From a virus (Duplodnaviria > Heunggongvirae > Uroviricota > Caudoviricetes), in the IMG/VR virus record IMGVR_UViG_3300003310_000099, positions 42,295 through 106,294 of that record: DNA of 64,000 nt; one strand, 5' to 3'. The notes under the pieces were generated by a model, which saw nothing but the letters and a program-made list of their open reading frames with translations, had not been told where the DNA came from and did not search any database. Shown here piece by piece: positions 58,939 through 64,000 of the stretch; position 1 is the stretch's first letter, and each line of letters starts with the position of its first letter. The translations under genes and the position numbers were made by a program.

Positions 58939-59143
58939 GGTTGTCTCCGTATTCTTCCGTTACCAGTTGTTTGAGTTCCATGATGGCGGGCGGGCCATAC
59001 TTCATAAACAATAGATTTGCAAAATCAATCACTACATTGGGATGACAGTCATGCACTATCATTGAAGCAACTATCTTTTTCTGACAGGGAATATCCAGAG
59101 TATGTTCATCTTCCCATGTTAGTAGTAAATCACTTGCATTCAT
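58931..59143 (-). CDS. hypothetical protein (70 aa)
   Basis: Minus-strand ORF. Confidence 0.35.
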   Translation of the reverse strand: MNASDLLLTWEDEHTLDIPCQKKIVASMIVHDCHPNVVIDFANLLFMKYGPPAIMELKQLVTEEYGDNHE

Positions 59144-59616
59144 TATTTTTTCCTGACTGCTTTAGCCCATTTCGGTAGTTTACTTAAAACTAGGTCTTGT
59201 ACTTCCTTGAACTCATTGGGGATTGCCCAAAGTTTATATAAATGCTGAAAACAGACATAGATTCCTATTCTAAATAACCTCAATTCTTCTTCCAAGAGCA
59301 TGTCTTTTTCATCCCATAGTTTATATTTGTCTGATAAACTATGGGATATGGCAACATACTCTTTTACTCGCTTATGATGCAAAGGTGTCATGGGCCAGGG
59401 CTTACGGACAGTTTTCCATCTAATTACCAGACAATTCTTGTAGTTCTGTGGGCGTGTGTAAATAAAATCATATTTAATAATGAACTGATGCTGAGCTTCA
59501 GAAAGTTCGCGTCGATTTTTAATCATATACTCAACGCGACTGTTCATTCTCTTGCATCCTTTCGGCAGTCTCCCCAAGCAAGCTTGTCCATTCAATATAT
59601 ACGCCAAGTTCTTCAC
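59143..59616 (-). CDS. hypothetical protein (157 aa)
   Basis: Minus-strand ORF. Confidence 0.4.
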   Translation of the reverse strand: MKNLAYILNGQACLGRLPKGCKRMNSRVEYMIKNRRELSEAQHQFIIKYDFIYTRPQNYKNCLVIRWKTVRKPWPMTPLHHKRVKEYVAISHSLSDKYKLWDEKDMLLEEELRLFRIGIYVCFQHLYKLWAIPNEFKEVQDLVLSKLPKWAKAVRKK

Positions 59617-59848
59617 TCATCCTTCCCAAATCTTCCTCTTCAAGGAAAGCAAAATCCCCAAAAGATGATTTGTCGCTAATCCATGCATTCTTGACGCCAA
59701 TAGCCTTGAGGATTTTATCAACATAAGGCTTTAATTCAGGTTTATTGACCGTTTTCTGCGGTGTTAACCTGATTTTTTTACCTTTTATTGACTTTTCCTT
59801 GGACAGCATTTCAATGATATCGTCAGGGGTAATCGGTTCGTCTTTCAT
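59531..59848 (-). CDS. hypothetical protein (105 aa)
   Basis: Minus-strand ORF overlapping its neighbour. Confidence 0.35.
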   Translation of the reverse strand: MKDEPITPDDIIEMLSKEKSIKGKKIRLTPQKTVNKPELKPYVDKILKAIGVKNAWISDKSSFGDFAFLEEEDLGRMSEELGVYIEWTSLLGETAERMQENEQSR

Positions 59849-59849
59849 G

Positions 59850-60143
59850 TTAATAATCTAGATAATTCCCTTTTTCTGTCTCGTAAAACTTACCATCAAG
59901 GAGCTTGATCTTTAAGTCATGGTGGGTGATTTTATAATCTTTGAATATTGTCCCACCTTTTTCGTCCCGCTTATGCTTGCCATTTTCATCGTATTCATAG
60001 ATGCGGAATGCAACGATGGTGTCTTTACACTCTACAATTTCATTGCCGTGCTTGTTCTTTTTGCCCGTATGAACGGCTGTAGAAAAATCTGGATAGATTA
60101 GGAGGAACCCTTCTTGCCCCGTTGCGTCTTTGCCTTCTGGCAT
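59850..60143 (-). CDS. hypothetical protein (97 aa)
   Basis: Minus-strand ORF. Confidence 0.4.
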   Translation of the reverse strand: MPEGKDATGQEGFLLIYPDFSTAVHTGKKNKHGNEIVECKDTIVAFRIYEYDENGKHKRDEKGGTIFKDYKITHHDLKIKLLDGKFYETEKGNYLDY

Positions 60144-60289
60144 TTTTCACCTTTGATTACTTCTTTTGTGTAATCTTCAATCATTTCAGTCACTTCAACA
60201 ATAAACTCTTCGGCAGATTCTGGATCGTAGTCTTCATAACCATTGAAGGTCCAGGCAATTTGTTCGGCTAATTCTCTAGGGGTTTTCAC
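60098..60289 (-). CDS. hypothetical acidic protein (63 aa)
   Basis: Minus-strand ORF. Confidence 0.35.
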   Translation of the reverse strand: MKTPRELAEQIAWTFNGYEDYDPESAEEFIVEVTEMIEDYTKEVIKGEKCQKAKTQRGKKGSS

Positions 60290-60292
60290 GGA

Positions 60293-60481
60293 TTATTTTC
60301 CTTGCTCCCTTTTCAGTTTATCAAAATCCCACTTCAAATTATTATGGTCTGCTTCCAACCAATTAAGTCGTTTTTCTAAGGCATCCACCCTACTACAACC
60401 AGCCAATACGAGTGACCCAAGCAAAAATAAAACCACAATTAAACCACAACCATCGTCGTTACGCATTTTAGTACCCTTCAT
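60293..60481 (-). CDS. small lipoprotein (62 aa)
   Basis: LLGSLVLAGCSRVD has a lipobox (LAGC). Confidence 0.4.
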   Translation of the reverse strand: MKGTKMRNDDGCGLIVVLFLLGSLVLAGCSRVDALEKRLNWLEADHNNLKWDFDKLKREQGK

Positions 60482-60959
60482 CTACAAGGTCTTCTCGTAG
60501 ACCAGTCAAAACTTCACCGAGCCAATTAGTGCCACGCCATTTATCCCTATCCCGTGCATCAGGGTCATCTTCACTCAAACCAATGCCCCAAATACAATCG
60601 TATGGACTAGCTTCTACCAGAGTCGTTCCTCTGGTAGCTATCAACTTATCCAACAACTCAGGATTTTGAGTGAACTTGGCATAGTTTCCTTCGTAAACAT
60701 ATTCTCTAGCCACATTATTCCATCGTTCTGCATCAAAGCCTTTAACCCTTCTCCCTAGTTTCTTTTGTTCCCTTGGGTGGTCAGCTTCCATGATACGGTC
60801 AAGCGTATCATCATCTTTAAACAGTTTGGCTTTCATAGCCATCATGTATTGTTCAGCACAATTGTAAGTTATGCCATCAATTTCAAATTCGCATTCTTCC
60901 CATTGGGAGAAAGGTCCATCCCAAAAGAAAGTGAATCTCTCAGCCTGCTCGCTCTCCAT
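60468..60959 (-). CDS. NADAR (YbiA-like) domain protein, second paralog
   Basis: FFWDGPFSQW…AEQYMMAMKA…HPREQKKLGRRVKGFDAERWNNV…KFTQNPELLDKLIATRGTTLVEASPYDCIWGIGLSEDDP…GTNWLGEVLTGLRE. Confidence 0.75.
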   Translation of the reverse strand: MESEQAERFTFFWDGPFSQWEECEFEIDGITYNCAEQYMMAMKAKLFKDDDTLDRIMEADHPREQKKLGRRVKGFDAERWNNVAREYVYEGNYAKFTQNPELLDKLIATRGTTLVEASPYDCIWGIGLSEDDPDARDRDKWRGTNWLGEVLTGLREDLVDEGY

Positions 60960-61341
60960 AACCTTCTCTCATATGATAATTAGGGTCATAATTAGGAATG
61001 CCACACGCTTCCGCTCTTAATCTATGCCATTCTGGTGAATTGACTGGATGTGTCAACCACTCGCCAATAGGCTCTTTGTGAAGCCAAATCTCATTGGGTG
61101 TATCAGGGCAATGTGAATCCAACACAGTTAATTGTAAACCAAAGTTTTCAGCTATAATCCTGACTTCATCAATATACCAAGTCTGCTCTTTGGTTGGACG
61201 TAGCATACAAGCTTTGCATACGCCTAGATACACTTTTTCAGCTTGACCAGCAGCAAAACCATAACAGAAGTATTTATAATGCTCTAAAGAGCCATTATAA
61301 CGTTCTCTTAATGGCTGTGTAACTTTAGCTAGAACTTTCAT
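60940..61341 (-). CDS. hypothetical protein (133 aa)
   Basis: Minus-strand ORF. Confidence 0.4.
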   Translation of the reverse strand: MKVLAKVTQPLRERYNGSLEHYKYFCYGFAAGQAEKVYLGVCKACMLRPTKEQTWYIDEVRIIAENFGLQLTVLDSHCPDTPNEIWLHKEPIGEWLTHPVNSPEWHRLRAEACGIPNYDPNYHMREGYGERAG

Positions 61342-61708
61342 CTAAATTTACCTCACCAATTCCCTTGTTCCTGGGAATGTTAATTGCAATTGCAGTGTTT
61401 TCGTTATAATCGGGGTGTATGTCGTTAATCAAGTACCGCTTATTGCTACCCATTTCCATCAATAAAGCGTGCCAGAATAAACCATGCGACCTTAATTGAT
61501 TTTCAGTTGCTTCTCTGGTGCTATTAGGTCGGCCAGTGGTTAAAACGATCTTATAACCGCCTTTATCCCACTCGTTGAACTTTTCAACAACACCTGGCAA
61601 TAATTCAATGCCAGGTGCTATTAGTTTTGTACAATTGCCTTTTTCAGCAACTTTAAATATACACCCGTCTATATCACAGAATATTACCGACTGCTTTGTA
61701 TTTTTCAT
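61325..61708 (-). CDS. HAD-superfamily phosphatase-like protein
   Basis: N-terminal DxD motif VIFCDIDGCIF, later KIVLTTGRP, consistent with HAD motifs I and II. 127 aa. Confidence 0.5.
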   Translation of the reverse strand: MKNTKQSVIFCDIDGCIFKVAEKGNCTKLIAPGIELLPGVVEKFNEWDKGGYKIVLTTGRPNSTREATENQLRSHGLFWHALLMEMGSNKRYLINDIHPDYNENTAIAINIPRNKGIGEVNLDESSS

Positions 61709-61727
61709 TATATATTCCTTATTAAAT

Positions 61728-61820
61728 GGGCTGTGAGGGATTCGAACCCCCGACCAAGGGATTAATCGTGGGTGATAGCCCCGTTGAGTCCCCTGCTCTA
61801 ACCACTGAGCTAACAGCCCT
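61728..61820 (-). tRNA. tRNA gene (minus strand) with ~20-nt insertion in the anticodon loop; anticodon read as CAA (Leu) if the first loop nucleotides are used
   Basis: Reverse complement gggctgt-ta-gctc-agtggtta-gagc-a-gggga-CTCAAcggggctatcacccacgattaa-tccct-tggtc-gggggTTCGAATccctc-acagccc. All arms are canonical except a 27-nt anticodon loop. Confidence 0.45.
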
Positions 61821-61825
61821 GCCTT

Positions 61826-62476
61826 TTACTTCTTTTCAAGTGGCAGACTTGTCACTTTAATGGTGAATTGATACTTATTGATTGTCAAAGCTCGATCATT
61901 TCTCTCATGTAAATTATTTGCAGCATTGAGCAACTGCATTGTGCCAACCTCATATTCGTAAAGAGGATGAAACTTACTAATAATCTGCTCAAGTATTTGG
62001 TTCATATCTTCCTGATACAATGTTCTAACTGTCAAAGTATAGAATATGCAGATGCTGGGTGCAGTAAAGTTGAAATCACCACGATAGATGTTAATAAGCG
62101 GAAGCCTTAATATATCAGGAATTTCAACTTTTACAGTTCTGTCCCGTAAAGCTTCCATTATAGGATCATTTTTCAACTTCTCAAACTGTGGATTACTCGT
62201 ATGCCCAATATGGGGTGCAGTAATAAAGTCGGTAGTAATAAAGTCTGCCTTCTCATCTGTTGCCCAAATAACAGGAACAGTGTGTGCTTCACCACATTCA
62301 TCAATCACAACCGTATCTTTAAAGGCATTCATAGTGTGTTCGTCACACTGACGAAGCCAACGGCACCATTTCTTAACATCAAATTTGGATTTTTCCTTGG
62401 CTGGCAAACTTTGACCTAAGCCAAACATGCCAAGGAAAGAAGCCAATGCCTGCATGAAAAATCGTCTATCCATCAT
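61826..62476 (-). CDS. secreted protein with twin-arginine (Tat-like) signal peptide
   Basis: MMDRRFFMQALASFLGMFGLGQSLPA. 216 aa. Confidence 0.5.
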   Translation of the reverse strand: MMDRRFFMQALASFLGMFGLGQSLPAKEKSKFDVKKWCRWLRQCDEHTMNAFKDTVVIDECGEAHTVPVIWATDEKADFITTDFITAPHIGHTSNPQFEKLKNDPIMEALRDRTVKVEIPDILRLPLINIYRGDFNFTAPSICIFYTLTVRTLYQEDMNQILEQIISKFHPLYEYEVGTMQLLNAANNLHERNDRALTINKYQFTIKVTSLPLEKK

Positions 62477-62859
62477 AAAGCGTCCTTATCCGAATAGATG
62501 CCTGTACCATCACAGACAACACATTTCCTATCTATCCCCCAAAACTTATCTTCTCTGTAGTCGCTATCAGCTTTACAACGAGGACAAACATCCCCATTTT
62601 CATATTTGGGGTCAATTCTTTTTATATCAGTATTCCAGCCTTGCCGAGTCAAAGGATATCTGGACTCAATACCACATGCTTCGCGTGTTTCTGCTTTCCA
62701 CCAGAAAAAAGAGCCACAGAACCCACACATAAACTCAACTCTACTCAAATCATCCAGGTTCCTCATCAAAGTCGTTATCTTATTAGACTTCGTGTTGCCC
62801 ATCCTGCATACAGGACAGGAAGAAGGTTGCATTACTCTGCCCAAGTTTAATCCCACCAC
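62473..62859 (-). CDS. hypothetical Cys-rich protein (128 aa)
   Basis: CPVC…CGFCG…CPRC…CVVCDG. Confidence 0.4.
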   Translation of the reverse strand: MVGLNLGRVMQPSSCPVCRMGNTKSNKITTLMRNLDDLSRVEFMCGFCGSFFWWKAETREACGIESRYPLTRQGWNTDIKRIDPKYENGDVCPRCKADSDYREDKFWGIDRKCVVCDGTGIYSDKDAL

Positions 62860-63365
62860 ATTCTGACAACGGTTTTGCCGTTAATTATGTTAGAACTGAA
62901 TTCGTTGGGCCTACACCCATTCACATACTCGGTAAATTGCAACATTTCAGTAAATGAAGTTTCTGGCAATACGAACACAATGGTTTCGTCATTATTACAC
63001 CAGGAACTAAAATCCCTATCTGAGCGGTGAACATCAACATATTTGATGTTCAGTCCTTCAAACATTTCATTAATATATTTGTGGTCAGGGTTACAATTGA
63101 CATTCTCTTGAATCTTCAATTCCGAGTCTACAAGAGTGTATTCAACCATATCCTTACCCATCAGTATGTCTCTAACTTTCAAAAGACCATCATTGCCCAG
63201 GTTATCATTGATGACTTCTTCTATTTCAGAAATCATTTCTTGATAGTCTTGGACAATGCTGATTAATTCTTCATTGGTTAATTCTGTCAGTTGCTTTTGC
63301 ATCTTTTGCTTTCTTCCAAAATTCCGACCGTTGCCAACCCTCACGCCACCCAGCATTCCAAGCAA
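62847..63365 (-). CDS. hypothetical protein (172 aa)
   Basis: Minus-strand ORF. Confidence 0.4.
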   Translation of the reverse strand: MLGMLGGVRVGNGRNFGRKQKMQKQLTELTNEELISIVQDYQEMISEIEEVINDNLGNDGLLKVRDILMGKDMVEYTLVDSELKIQENVNCNPDHKYINEMFEGLNIKYVDVHRSDRDFSSWCNNDETIVFVLPETSFTEMLQFTEYVNGCRPNEFSSNIINGKTVVRMWWD

Positions 63366-63461
63366 TATTCAACATCGTCAATATTTCTGCTGGATACTGA
63401 TTGTAGTGAGGCTGTCTTTCCAGCCATTGTGCAAAGCAACTGCACGGTTCTTGCTTGTCCA

Positions 63462-63848
63462 TTAAGCAGCCTTCTTATATTCCTTGAAGATTTCATACAG
63501 ACTTCTGTTGTCGTTCTGCATTTCAATTTCATGAGGCTGGACTGCACCATGCTTGATAGCATACGACTTGAACTGTTCCTCATTATTGAGGATCATCAAA
63601 TATCGCATAATGAGGCTATCCGTTGGAGGGAAGCCACCTTGCAACACTACACAGTATCTATCAACCATGATACCACGGTTATAGACCTTTGTAAAGTCAT
63701 GACCAGGGAATATCTGATAGATCAAACCACTCTTGGCTATAACAGATATAAAGCCCTTTTTAAGGAAGGATTTATAACGATCATCGCCCAATACTCTATG
63801 CAAGGTTTCCCTTGCACGAATCTCACGCAAATCCTTGGTGAAGCCCAA
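63462..63848 (-). CDS. hypothetical protein (128 aa)
   Basis: Minus-strand ORF. Confidence 0.4.
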   Translation of the reverse strand: MGFTKDLREIRARETLHRVLGDDRYKSFLKKGFISVIAKSGLIYQIFPGHDFTKVYNRGIMVDRYCVVLQGGFPPTDSLIMRYLMILNNEEQFKSYAIKHGAVQPHEIEMQNDNRSLYEIFKEYKKAA

Positions 63849-64000
63849 AGGCTTGGCATGAGTGTAGATTGGTGGGGCAATTCTTTGACGCAGCAGTTCC
63901 TTGATACGTTGTTCAAGGGTCTTGGCTGGTGTGGCAAAATAGCCAGGAACGCTGGTATTATAATAGATACCAATTGTTGGGATTGTAGCTGTTGCTGCGC

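Noticed and set aside
1-64000. Alternative genetic code (TAG or TGA reassignment), suggested by the huge tRNA complement and a possible UUA-anticodon tRNA
   Set aside because: ORFs tile the window with short overlaps and no systematic in-frame TAG or TGA interruptions of recognisable domains (ligase, PncB, PurC, Map, Kv channel). The standard code fits.
1-64000. CRISPR array, rRNA genes, integrase, transposase or IS elements
   Set aside because: There is no repeat-spacer periodicity, no rRNA-like conserved blocks, and no tyrosine or serine recombinase or DDE transposase motifs in any frame.

Overview
This window looks like part of a large virulent phage genome, probably a jumbo or mega-phage, rather than a bacterial chromosome. 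Genes are densely packed, mostly short, and mostly on the + strand; the last ~6.5 kb (57.5–64 kb) switches to a minus-strand module. ORFs abut or overlap by a few nucleotides and show no in-frame TAG/TGA pattern, so the standard genetic code appears to be in use.

The dominant feature is tRNA content. I read about 55 tRNA or tRNA-like genes by eye. Twenty-one of them sit in a 2.2-kb array at 330–2565; the rest are single genes wedged between ORFs, often overlapping ORF 3' ends. Many isoacceptors are duplicated. Several tRNAs have unusual features: non-canonical T-loops, long variable arms paired with anticodons not expected for type II tRNAs, and insertions in the anticodon region. All anticodon calls were made by hand and need tRNAscan-SE or ARAGORN.

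Five paralogous zinc-finger HNH endonuclease genes lie next to tRNA genes, which is the arrangement expected for tRNA-targeting homing elements.

The protein-coding content includes housekeeping and auxiliary functions:
- ATP-dependent DNA ligase, DNA methyltransferase, methionine aminopeptidase, PurC, an RmlA-like sugar nucleotidyltransferase, and a glycosyltransferase.
- A 6-TM voltage-gated K+ channel (S4 arginine repeat plus TIGYGD filter).
- A His-box fatty-acid hydroxylase, a Rieske oxygenase, and an ACP-like protein.
- A PncA–PncB NAD+ salvage pair.
- Two NADAR-domain proteins.
- A 2H phosphoesterase and a PTH2-type peptidyl-tRNA hydrolase.
- A PP2C-like phosphatase followed by a kinase-like protein.
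- A vWA protein, an SPFH protein, and a family of proteins with twin-arginine (Tat-like) N-termini.

Regulatory signals that can be read directly are four sigma70-like promoters with an extended -10 (TGTGKTATAYT) and a conserved ~20-nt motif (…CTTAGCTGTACC…) present six times on the + strand.

I found no CRISPR array, rRNA gene, integrase or transposase.
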